Shown here: in pieces, positions 24,597-36,356 of the stretch
Numbering within the stretch: the first letter of the stretch is position 1
How the letters are laid out: every line of letters begins with the position of its first letter
Assembly: GCA_013265495.1 (NCBI GenBank)
Contig: MU057724.1
Span: forward strand, 1,007,102 to 1,071,101
Direction: 5' to 3'
Length of the DNA stretch: 64,000 nucleotides
From: Vicugna vicugna
Lineage: Eukaryota
Position numbers and translations under genes: made by a program
The notes under the pieces: generated by a model
Told to the model about the DNA's origin: nothing
Databases searched by the model: none
Seen by the model: only the letters and a program-made list of their open reading frames with translations

Positions 24597-26299
24597 CCTC
24601 TTAGTGACGTGGGCTTACTCCTCTCTTCCTCCCACGGTGGCAAATCTCAGGTCCAGGTGTGTCCTGCTCACCTTCTCAATCCTCCCTCCTGACACAGTCC
24701 CTGCACAGGGCAGGAGCACAGTCATGTTTGTTGAAAAAATAATTAGTCTTGTCTTTTATTCATTTTTATTGTACTCCTATTTCTTTGTCCTTTTTGACCA
24801 GAATTTTTATATTTATCCAGCTCAGTGACAATAAGTATTCATTAGTGATGTCCTTGATGCAATGAAGTTTTAAAAATTATCTCACGAATCTGGAAAGTAG
24901 TTGGGAATCTGCTCAGTATAATTCTGAAGCCACATCTAGGTCCTTTCTTGTGGAATTGGTAGCCGTATGTGGTGCGTGAAGAACTGCCCAGGCACCTTGG
25001 TGCCAGCATTTAATGTGCGCTCAAGTTTATTTGTATAGCACTCACAGAGGTGACTTGAAATGACTCATGGCATTCAGAGTAGGAGAAGACATGGGATTTC
25101 TGACCTTAATTTCCAGTTAAAACAGAAATTGCTAAGCCAGCACTATTTTTTGTGACATGAAGTCGAGTGCCACATGCCTCTTCTTGATGAAAGTCTGTTA
25201 TCCTGGAAAATGTAAACCCTGAGCTGAGAGCGCCCATCCCCCCGCTGCTGGGAGCGCACTGGCGTTGGCTGCCCCACCGAATGTGCTAGAACGGCACGAG
25301 TCACCTGTCGTCAGCAACGTTGGCCACCCTGGGTCACGTTAGGTAGATGGTGACTGCTGCACACTGTCCACTCTGAGAGCATGGTTTTCCACTGCAGGTT
25401 GTGACAAATCTAGTCACAGAGAGCAAGACGTTTAACAGGGGACGATGATGACCCTGGTGGTGGAGTGGTGGTGCTGAAATCTTCAGCCCTTTCTCTACCC
25501 CTTTCTTCATGAGAAGCAGAATGTGTTTCTGCGTATAGTGAACATGAATGTACATGACTATGTATGTTTATGGTGACAGAGGCCTGACTTATCCACCGAT
25601 GTAACAACTTGCTGTTTAATCAGTCTGTTCTCTTCCCAAGAACACGGTGCTCTGGTTTTCATGTTTACTTACCTGAGCAGAGAATGAGTTCAGAAAACAA
25701 ACAATTCAGCTCATCAGTGGGGGCTCAAGAGGGCTCTTTGTCCAGACCCCAGGACAATGATCCCCACAGAAACCTGAAATCCAGGCAACCAGACACTCGA
25801 CTTGTATTTCCCTGAGGTGGAGTTTGTCAGGACCTCAGCCAGTGCTCCACCAGAAGGACTTCATTTTCAGACCACAGGATTTTTTGTAATGGAAATAGTA
25901 CAAATAGGCACCACTCTGGCTGTGTGATCTCAAAGATATTTAAAACCAAACATTGTATTACACATTCTTAGTTTATTTCCACTCCCTTTTTCTTTTCTTC
26001 TGCGTGCTATTTTTACGAAGTCACTGAGTTTTTTCCAGCTTTATCCTGTAGTCCGCAGGAAGGTCAAGGTTGTCAGTGTGCTGGCCACTGTGGCTCCTAC
26101 TTTCGTGCCAGCTCTTCTCATGCCTCCCCTCAACTCTCGTCGAAATGTCAGGCATCTTCCAGACCACGTGGTGTTCCCGGTGCTTTCAGCACGTAATATT
26201 CGTACTAAAAACAAGTTTGGTTTCTATTTCTGATTGAATTTTTTCTTATTCCAATCTCTAATGGTGTCTCTATTTTTCTTGCTTCTATTAGGAAAATGG

Positions 26300-26400
26300 T
26301 GGGAAAGAAACAGACTTTGGAGTCTGACTACTTGGGTTGAATCTTTGGTCAAGTTGCTTCTCTAATGTCTCAGTTTGTGGGTCTGTGACATGATGTAGGT
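26300..26400 (+). mobile_element. MIR fragment
   Basis: CAGACTTTGGAGTCTGAC..TGGGTTGAATC..CTCAGTTT. Confidence 0.6.
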
Positions 26401-27089
26401 TTTTTTTTTTTTTTAAGTCAAAGGATTTCATCGGGCAGAGCAGCTTGCATTTTCATCTAATAGAAGCACATCAGTGTTGAAACAACTTTTTACATGAGGA
26501 AAAACTGCATTTAATCTAGCGGACACACATCACCAGTAAAAGTGAAGAGTGCGTGGAGCTGTAAATCGTAGGTCTGCAACTGAAATATAGTCAGTTCTTT
26601 AGATGGATTAGTTACCATTATTGTTTTTCATGTTTAAAAGTCGATTGCTTATTCCAGTTCTTTTGAATAAAACATAGATTTCTCCTCTGAAATTGATTTA
26701 GTTTTATTTCACGTTTTCCCCAGTGGTAGTTAATTTGTGATAAACAAAGGGTGCGATGACTTGGGAAATCATTTTCTTTATTTTACAGCCATATTTCGTG
26801 TGCGATAATCTACACCTAGCATGTAATTAATGCCCAACAAATATTTTTATGACTCTGCTGCAGTGCTAACAGCCATATTGCGTTTTATGTAAACTTAGTG
26901 TTATGTCATTAATTTGCCAGCGATACTTTTTCAGTCTTTCTCTAAACAATGTCAACAAGTGTTTTCATGCTCGGTCTATTTGGAGACGACGCCGTGAGTG
27001 AAAGTGAAGGCCAGCACTTCCCTAAGCATCGCTCTCAACGCCAAGGCAGGTGAGCGTCCTCGTAATGGCCCCATAACACTGGGCCTGCT

Positions 27090-27220
27090 CTGACTTTATC
27101 TCACAGACGGATGAGCTGACCACAGACAGGTTAGGTGGCTTGCGGGACGTCACATTCATACGGTGGCAGAGCAGGGCCTCGAGCGGCGCCCGCCTGGCTT
27201 TGAATTCCGCGCCTTTAATA
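27090..27220 (-). mobile_element. MIR fragment (GC-shifted)
   Basis: ACAGACGGATGAGCTGA..AGGTTAGGTGGCTTGC...GTCACA..GGTGGCAGAGCAGGG. Confidence 0.6.
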
Positions 27221-28259
27221 ACCATTCTCTTCTTCCACCGAAGCGCAGAGGCCCTGTCCTCAGGGAGTGCTCAGCCCGCCCTCCCACCGTGTTTTCACCT
27301 ACTACAAAGTCTGCTTTCGTAGCTCTGAGCCTACGAAGCTTCCTGCCTGGGTTTACTGTCTCCTTCGGTGTACAACTTTGCTCAGTGTATGTGGAGGTGA
27401 AAGACTTTTCATCTGATAAAATCTTCAATATACATCATTTTTTTTGTTTTCAGTTTTTGTTAATTTAGGATAATGTGTAGACTGTGTTTATGTTCCAATG
27501 GGCTAATCTGGGCAAAAAAAATTCTTTTAAGTTCAGTAAATGTAATCTTATCCTTTTTCAATCTACCTTTACAGTGTCAGTGCTGGGTCTTCTGAGTTCA
27601 GCCCTTTCTCTGAAATATCTCTTTCATTTGTAGTGAGAATTGCTAGGTGTTAATTATCACTGAAAGTGGAATTAAAGCAAAGAAAATTTTGTTCAGCAGA
27701 ATTAATTACTAGGCTGGCATGTAAGAGAAAGTTTTTAAGTGACTAGAAAGCTGCCATGAGCGTGTGTGTCTCACTATTGACATTTGTGGGTCAAGGTAAT
27801 GATTATCGAAGAGCCTGTTTCTCCAGCACCTCTTTGCTGCTCTGCAGAAGTGTGTGCACCTGTCCAAGCAGGTACGGGAATGAGGGCGCCCTCCTCCCAC
27901 CGCCATCCTGTCCTTGTTCCTCAGGGCGGCAGAGGCCAGCCCTCCCCACCTTGCAAGCCCAAGTACGTTTCCCGTACCTGGTGGACAGTCTCTGCTTATT
28001 TTTTTGCAAAGAAATACAGCAGTAACTGCTCAATGTATATTTATGTCTACTTACACATTTTGTAAGGGAGTGAAGATTTTTGCAGAGAAGAATGAGTATG
28101 TTTTCTGTTCTTCCTTTTTTTTCTGTGCCAATGCCAGTTGTTCACACATGTCCTTGAGTTTGATGATTTGAAATGTGCTTGACTTACCATATAATAGCTC
28201 ATGGGATTTCAACACCTGCCCCCCCCCACCGGGTCCTGCTGCATTTTACCTCAAGGGTA

Positions 28260-28660
28260 AGTGTGGTGGTGAATTTTTGCATCAACTTGACTGACCACAA
28301 GATGCCCACGTTAGACCTTACTCCTGCTTTTGTGAGGATGTTTTGGGGTGATATTGGCGTTTGAATTGGTAGGTGGTCCCCCCAGTGAGGCAGGGCACCA
28401 TCCCATCCCCTGCGGTCCTGAGCGGAGCGAAGGGCAGAGGAAGAGGGGTTTGCCCCTTGCCTGCCTTACTGCCGAGCGGGGACATCTCACCTGATCTGTA
28501 CTGCCCGGGATGGGGCGCTCCTCTGCAGGCCACCCTGGTTCCCAGGTCTTTGGAGGCAGACAGACCAGAACCATTGACTCTCCTGGGTCCCCAGCTTGCA
28601 GCTGACAGAACCTAGGACCCTCCACCTCTGGTCATGCAAGCAAATCCCTCGTAACAGATC
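28260..28660 (+). mobile_element. MLT2-family (ERVL) LTR
   Basis: TGTGGTGGTGAATTTTTG.ATCAACTTGACTG.CCACAAGATGCCCA..CTCCTGGGTCCCCAGCTTGCAG. Confidence 0.75.
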
Positions 28661-29826
28661 CGAAAGCAGTCCGCTCCTCCCAAGTGTCCTGGCCAAGGCG
28701 ATCGGGTCTTTAACGCTTTCACTTTTGCTGGTTGTGATTTGAGAGCGGCCAGAAAGAACACATCTGGGGTGCTTTCCTGCGGCAGGCTGAGTTAATCCTC
28801 CAGGCCCTGAATTTTCACAAGCATCTGGAAAGACTACGGGGTGAGGTACCATGAATCCGTCATGGTCCTTGTCCTGAAAGGACTCAACGTTTCCAGGCTG
28901 CCATGAGCAGGTGTCTCCCCTCTGGGAGAGGATACAGGCCCAGGAGGGCCGGGGGCATCTTCGTGGGGAGGGTGGCCCCGGTGGTCCAGAAAGCTAGGAG
29001 GCAAGGCGTTTCAGGACACATCTGGTATGATAGTGGACCCTTCCGCTGGTTTGGCGTTTACTCGGGGAAAATGCCGATGTTGACGGGGAAGAGTGAAAAC
29101 AAGGCTGCATCTGAAACCCGAGGGGCTCAAACACCAGTTAAGGGGTCTCAGCAAAGTCTGGAGGAAGGGGTGAGAGTGAGCACTTCTGAGCTTTGGAAAT
29201 TTTAATTTAAGAGTAGTGTATAAAATGGATCAGAGACAGAACGAGGGGAAAACTAGGTGAAAGCGTTTCCAGATCAAAGTAACTAATATATTGGAAGTTG
29301 TGTAGCTGCTGCTTAATTCAATTAAAGTCTTCTGTTCTGATTATGATTTTTTTAATGAGGTGGTTGAACTAGTTTTTTTAGGAGGCTTAATCCGCTTTTT
29401 AAGTTTCCTCCTTTTGACTGACTGTGTGCTTGCAGGAGCCCACAGAGGGGCGTCAACACAGCGAAGCCTGGTGTCCTTCACCACAGGGCTCATGAGGCGC
29501 TACATGGAGAACTGTAAAGTTCAAGAAAGTTCTTACTAGCAAATTTATTTTAAGTCACCTGAATTTTCAAGCTTCATTTGTGACATGCAGCACTTGGCTT
29601 TGGGGCATGTTTTAAAAGGAGGTTTTTTTTTTTTCTGCATTATCAAAACAATAATGACACAGTTGTGTAAATTCCAATTTATAGAAGGTGAGAAACTCAT
29701 GTTTGAATTGGTAGATGGTCCCCCCAGGAAGGCAGGGCACCATCCCATCCCATCCTCAGCCACACTGCCAACGCTGCCATCCATGCATCTCCCAATAAGT
29801 CCTGCTGTTTGTTGATGAATTAAGGA

Positions 29827-29828
<2 letters not shown>

Positions 29829-29858
<30 letters not shown>
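29829..29858 (+). repeat. (TG)n microsatellite
   Basis: Read directly. Confidence 0.95.
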
Positions 29859-32800
29859 TTAATCATGGTTTGCTACTGAATCCCAACAAGAACATCTCAT
29901 GCTCTTTTAATTTATTTTAACCAAATTGCTTGATGCATACAATTTGATTTTACTTAAAGGAAACAGAACGATCTTGGGTTGGTTAGTCGGGGTTCGCTGC
30001 AGAATGCAAGTTCTAGGTAGGTTGGTATCTCACTGTTAGAGGGTTTTAGTGATTTAAAACTCCAGTAATACCTCTGACTCTCACCTTCATGCAGAAGCTC
30101 TCTGCTCGTGCTGAGCAAGAGCTGCACAAGGCCTTCGCCAGGCGACCAGCTCCCACAGAGTGTCGATGCCATCTGAGTGCAGTGGGGAGTGTTGCACACA
30201 GACATGCACTGAAGTAGACACATTCTTTCCAGGATGCATGGGTGTGCCATTGCCCAGGTCTAAAATTCCCCCACATCTAGCCCTTTAGCAGTTCGTCTGA
30301 GCTGAGCAGGGCCTGCTTCTCGGACACATGCACTTGTTTCAGGTGATTGTTTTTACTCTGGAGCTGCCAAAATTATCAATAATAAAATAAGTGTCTATTT
30401 CATTAGAGAAGGAGGCTCTTACTACCCAAATCCAAACTAGAGTCAGATATTTTTGATTCCTTTTTTTTTTTAATTCCACCCGAGCTGAGTCAGAGAAAGA
30501 ATTTATGCAGTTCTCACCACCATGCTCTGGAGAAGGCTTGTTTGGCTATCTGAGATCCTATAGCTGCCAAGACTGGACACCAACTTCTCCCCGAATGCCA
30601 GAGACCTCTTTTCTCCTGCCTTGAAGAGTTGGCAGTTACGGTGAGAGAGTGACCCCCTGTCTAAGCCAAGCCAACTTGAAGGTGCAGAGGGTGTGGGAGG
30701 ACCCGTGTGGCTGTGAGTGCGTGGAAGGCTCCCTCCAAGCTGACCTCAGAGAAAGAGAGTCTGTCTGTGTTTCAGATGCAATGAAATTCGCTGCTTCAGT
30801 TTGGTGAGTCCCGGCTTTCATAAAATGATGCACCAATGTGTTTTGAAAATTAAAAGGAATTTAAGCAAGACATAAAGATGTGTAAAAAGAGGTATATGTT
30901 GGAAGAAGAGAGTACTGTTTCAATATATTTCAATATACAGGTCAAATCAATTGAAATTAAGGCTTTAAAATTAGCGATGCAGAGGATGAGAAAGGAATAC
31001 TTGGAGGAAAAATGATAACAGTGATAAATCTGAATCTATTTGGTAACATAAAGACCATTTCATTTCCAGAAACAATAGCTCTACAATCACTCTAGCAACT
31101 GCATTAGGGTCTGTATTTCCATTCAAATTCGATAAGAGAGGGTTTTTGTTGTTAAGCACCTATGGCCCTGGGGGAGAGGAAAGCCTGTCCACACTTACCT
31201 AGAAATCCCAGTTTTCTTATTTTAGGCTGTTAGGCTGTTTCCTCTGAACACATTAAGATCATTCATTGTATAAGTTTTTATTTCGTTATCCTAGGAAGCC
31301 TGCTGTTTTCCAAAGTGAATGAATGTAGCTTCCAAAATTTCCAATCACCCAGCTCTCTTTTTGTTCCTATGCTGAAGCACCGGCTATAACTCCGCTAGCA
31401 AGCCATAGAAACCATAGACGGTAATATGAGCTAGCAAAACCAGCTTAGTGCTCCAGCTGGAGGTCGGTAAGGTGACAGCCCCCGGAGCAAGGCTCATTTA
31501 CGAACGCCAAGACTTGCTTCGCCCCCGTGCTGCATGGAGCTCTTTTCTGTATTTTCTAACTTCTTTGACTTCCCAACAATTCTGTGAGGTAGGTAGATAA
31601 ATTAAGATAGCTTTTTTTTTTTTTTTTTGTCCTAGAAGGGGAATCTATATTCCCCAGGTTGTAGAGTTAAAAAAGTAGTAAAATCATCCTCAGGCCTTTT
31701 GATTTTGAACTTCTTGCTCTTTCATCTGTTTCTCAGGACGATGCAAAGGGAGTTTTTATTTTTCACTGTGGTGCCACCGGTAGGGAGAGCCGTGGCCTGG
31801 GGGTTGGCGAGCACAGCCCGCACAGCCCAGGTCAGACACTGGCGTGGGTCAAGACCCATGCCTCCTTTCACCACCACCCCCCCCCCCCGTAAAAGGGTGG
31901 AACTAGATCTGAATGATCAACTAATAACACTTGGTGATGCTGTTTAAAATTATTTAAGATGTTTCAAAAAATTATGTCTAGAATAATATATTTTATTGAT
32001 GAAAATTCCCCAGAATGTATTCTGAAAACGTTAGTTTCGTGGATGTGAATATATATGATGTCATATAACAGCTTTATGGGCCACTTGGTTTGGGATATTC
32101 AGGGTAAAACAAAATTAGACAAACTTCTATTTGTAGCAGGATGTCTCAGTTACTTAACAGATTGAGTGCAGAGACTGACAAAGAGCACATGGGACAGACA
32201 CGTCCAGGAATGTACTGGGGGACATCCTGGGAAGAACCCTCCCAGCCAAACAGCTGGGCATGGATCTCCGTCTGCAAGTCATCATGGTGCTCCTTCCAAA
32301 ATGATTCTGAGGTGGCTAAAGGCTACAGGCTGTGCATTTAAGGATATCTTTGCTGCAACAAGATCTAAAAGGATTCTTACCAAATATAACCGCAAGCAGG
32401 AGATTTAGAACGTCTTAACTCACAGGCTCCTCAGCTGCTGAGATTGTTTTAGTTCTTTATTTATGACAGTGCTGGATGAGTGGGTTTCTGACATTTCTTA
32501 CTGAATTTCATACGGAGAACCCCTGCTTTAGCTACCCTAGTATGCTTTTTGATGTTGACTTCATGATAGGAAACGATTTTAAATCTCCCAAGATTAAGAT
32601 TTTAATTAGTCACCATGAAATACACAGCGGCCTTTGCCTTCAGATCCTCGCGGCCGAGCTGGGTTGTATGGTCGGAGCCCACTCTCTGCAAGGCCTGGCG
32701 ACGCTTTCCGAGATGACTGTTTTCAGGATCAGAAACCTGTGAGGCACATGTGAGTGTATCTGGCCTCCTGAGCTAACTCTCTGGTGCCTAACAGAAATGT

Positions 32801-34325
32801 CCCACGCACGCGTGAATCGCAGGTGGTCCCCAGGTAGGGACATTTGCTGTCAGTGTGGGGAGAGAGTTACCCTTGTAGAGCAGCACCCTTGTGTGTCTGC
32901 AACATTTTAGAGACATGGTTACACCCGAAAAGGCTCCATTTGTTGATATGTAATTCGAAAAATTTTTGTCTTTGTTTCTGACAAATTTATGGGGTTGAGA
33001 ATTTGTCATATTGCCTTCTTTCAGTATTTTTTCCCTCTTTTTCTTTGGTTTACATTTCTGTTGGTGGTGGGGTGCACGGCATCGAGTTTCATTATTTTTT
33101 AATTAATAGCTTCTTTTACAAAGTATATTTGCTTCTGGAGTTAATTATTTTTCTTATTTTCATTTCCAAAATTGGGATAGAGAGAGAATTGGAAAGGAAG
33201 TCCACTGCCATGTCTGACAGCTATTATTAATCACAAGACTCACAGCCCAATTTACTACACAGCAATGACTCAGCCAGACGAATCTCGCAATCAGTGCAAA
33301 TTTAATTAGATTTTACATCTTTTTAAGGGGAAAACAAGGCCTTCTTTAAGGCTCAGTGTGAATATTTGTGCAGAAAACAGAAAGGAATGGGAAGAGGAGC
33401 TTCCTTTTTGTAAAGTGGGGTGTGCACAGCATTACTTACGTGCCTTTGCTACAGACAGAAGTGGTTACAGGGCAAGCCGTCACTAATTTCTATGTTTTTG
33501 CATTTTTATATTTATTTCCAACACATTACCTGATGCTTTCCAGGCCACGAGGCTGAATGAGGCAGGCTGTTTGTTGGCTCTTTTCACGGCACTCACCTCC
33601 GAGTGGGTCCAAGAGGGACCAGGAATGTGAAATAAGTGGAGACCTAGGACGGGGATGAATGCTATGCAGGAAGTTCTACAAAATCATGAAGAACGAGAAG
33701 GGACAAACTTGTCCAGGAAGGCCTTTCTGAGGAGGGAAAAGCTAAGCCGAGGTCACTGTGCAGGGCTCGGAGGCTCAGGGCCTGGGTGGCGCCCAAGGCA
33801 GGGCTCCCCAAGGGCGTGAAGCCCCCCGGGGGGGGCTCAGGCACGGCTGATGCACGGCTGCAGGTGACGCGAAGGGACCGCTCGATGTTGCGCAGAGAGA
33901 TGCGGGGACGGAAGGCGCGGGACGTGACTGTGCGTGACGGCCCGGCACGGGCGGACCCTGCACCGAGGGACTCGTGCGCGGGCCGGGTGGACGGGGTGGG
34001 TGGAGGGGGCAGATCCGGGGCTGGGCGGTCCGGGAGCAGGGCCGGTGTCCAGTCCTCCAGGCACCCGCCCTGCAAACGGCCTGACCCGGAGCCCGGTGAA
34101 CGCCCCGACTCGCCCACCAGGTTTTCCACCATTTTCTCCTGAAACGAGCCACGTCGCTCACGTGGAACACACGACGAAGAAGCCGCAGGGGCTGTGCGGT
34201 TCCCTCTTCCCGAGCGCGGAGCCTGAGGCCCTGGCGGTCCGCCCCGCGCGGAGCACCGCCGGCGGCCAGTCCTCGCAGGACAGCGCGCGGGGCCGTCGAG
34301 GGGCAGCAGCGGCTGCAGACGGCAA

Positions 34326-34398
34326 GGGGCCTCGCGGCGGAGGGCGGGGCCTCGTGGCGGAGGGCGGGGCCTCGCAGTGCAGGGCGGGGCCCTCGGGG
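34326..34398 (+). repeat. 20-bp tandem repeat (~3.6 copies) generating three GC boxes
   Basis: GGGGCCTCG(C/T)GGCGGAGGGC units at 34326, 34346 and 34366, partial at 34386. Confidence 0.9.
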
Positions 34399-34399
34399 A

Positions 34400-34953
34400 A
34401 GAGCGGACGACCCCTCGTCCCCCTCGTCCTGCGGCCGCTCCCCTACACACACCGCGTCCTGGGGCCGGAAGGTGCCGTGAGCCGCCTGAGACGCGGGGCG
34501 AGCGCGACGGGAGGAAACCAAGCCACGAAGATCCCTGGCCTGTTACTCCGTGCCCGGCACCCACACATTTGGCATCTGCTTCAGCCGGAGAATCACCTTA
34601 ACCTGCATTTGGCTTTGCTGTCGCACCGTGACTGGGCCCCGGGCGTCTGAAGTCTCCCCCCAGACAGGGAACCCGGCGTCTCCCCTCAGACGCGGAACCC
34701 GGCGTCTCCCCTCAGACGCGGAACCCGGCGTCTCCCCTCAGACGCGGAACCCAACGTCTCCCCTCAGACGGGGAACCCGCCGTCTCCCCTCAGACGCGGA
34801 ACCCGGCGTCTCCCCTCAGACGGGGAACCCGCCGTCTCCCCTCAGACGCGGAACCCGGCGTCTCCCCTCAGACGCGGAACCCGGCGATTCCCCTCAGACG
34901 CGGAACCCGGCGTCCCCCCTCAGAAGGACCCGGCGCCCCCCGGCTCCGGGCAG
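34400..34953 (+). other. PLAGL1: Putative non-coding first exon (5' end uncertain)
   Basis: Lies downstream of the GC-box array and ends at a strong donor GGGCAG|GTACGT. No credible ORF. The TSS cannot be placed from sequence alone. Confidence 0.5.
34652..34934 (+). repeat. 26-bp CpG-rich minisatellite, ~11 copies (GTCTCCCCTCAGACGCGGAACCCGGC)
   Basis: Read directly; units start every 26 bp from 34652 and the last unit is degenerate. Confidence 0.97.
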
Positions 34954-35916
34954 GTACGTCCGTTCTTCTCTGGACGCGGGAGGTGGGAAGCGGCGTTGGG
35001 AGGCGGCGGGCGCCGGGGCGCCGGGACGACGCGGGATTTGGGGTCGGAGCCGGGGATGGGGGTTGGGTCGGGGTCACGGCGCGGGGACGGGTCTCCCTCG
35101 GCGTCGGGCCCCCGGCGCGTCGACGCGGCGTTAGCAGCGGGAGGGGGTCGCGGAGCAGCTTGGTGTCCGCGGGCCGAGCCACCGGGGAGCCCGCCCCGCC
35201 CCTGTCCTGCAGCCCCGCCCGCGAGGCCCGAGGGCGCGCGGTGTGCGCGGGGCCCGGCTTCCGAGGGGCCGGCCGCCGGTCGCGTCCCGTCCCAGCCCCG
35301 TGGAGGCGGCAGCGGGGGCCCGCGGCCGTGGACGCGCAGGGACGGGGCCCGGGTGCGGACGGGACCCGGCGGCGGGAGAGGCCGGCTGCGTAGCGGGTGC
35401 GCACGTCCGCGCGTGACGTGTGCTGTGTTCTCGCGTGTAAAGTGACACACGCGACCCCAGTGTCGCCTCGTCTGTGTTCGCCCCGAGGAAGCCGCGCCCC
35501 CCACGCCCTCAGCCCGCCTGGGTCGGAGGGCGTCTGGTGCGGGTTGAGGGGGATAACCGGCTTGCTCACTGAGACCCACGCGGGCCGAGTGCGGGGCGGA
35601 GTCACTTGGTCCGCGGTTTGTAAGCGCGTCGCGCCGCGCGCCTCTGACGCGGGTTTTCCCAGACGCGGCCGCGGCCCAGCGTGGGGGACCCCGAGCCAGC
35701 TCCCTGCGGCCGCTGCCCTCATGGCCGGGGTCCGCCCTCGGGCACGGGGCGCCGGCCCCGCGGTGGGGAGCCCCAGCTGACGCGGGGCGGTCCCCCGGGC
35801 AGCTTCCCGTCAGCCTTTGCTGAGGGGCCGCTGTCCGCGCTTCCAGCGGCTGCAGAGGACCTGGCGTTCGGGGCCCACAGGACGTTTCCGTTCGGCTGCG
35901 GGCCCTGGGATGCTCG

Positions 35917-35994
35917 GTGCGCTGCTCCGTGCAGTTCCCTGTGCGGTTCCCTGTACTGTTCCCTGTGCGCTGCTCCGTGCGCTTCCCTGTGCGC
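35917..35994 (+). repeat. 12-bp tandem repeat (~6.5 copies, GTGCGGTTCCCT / GTGCGCTGCTCC)
   Basis: Read directly. Confidence 0.9.
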
Positions 35995-36277
35995 CTAGGG
36001 GAGGGCCCGGTCCAGGCACACGACACTCAGGGGAGGAGCGTGTCTGTTTAAGAAACCCTGTATTTTCTCTTTCTAATCCCTAAATACTTAATAAGTCGTC
36101 TTACTCTCCTTTTATTACTGAGGGATTTTTGGGCAGTAGGCGGCTGGGCGGCCGCTGTGAGACCACGTGTCCCCGTGTCCTCAGGGTCACGCACCTTGTT
36201 CCGTCCTTGCGCCCTGCCTGTGCGCTGGGACTCCGGGAACCTCTCTGTCGGGGAAGAAGGGCCTAGAGCCGAGCCCC

Positions 36278-36356
36278 GGGTCAGCAGGTCACCGGGTCAC
36301 TGGCGGCCCCCGGTCAGGTGGTCACCAGGTCAGCGGCGGCCCCAGGTCAGCGGCCC
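36278..36356 (+). repeat. 33-bp repeat (~2.4 copies) built from 8-bp-periodic NGGTCA half-sites
   Basis: GGGTCAgcAGGTCAccGGGTCActggcggcccc / CGGTCAggTGGTCAccAGGTCAgcggcggcccc / AGGTCAgcggccc. Confidence 0.85.

Noticed and set aside
34652..34934. 26-bp array as a CRISPR array
   Set aside because: The units are contiguous with no unique spacers, there are no cas genes, and the context is mammalian.
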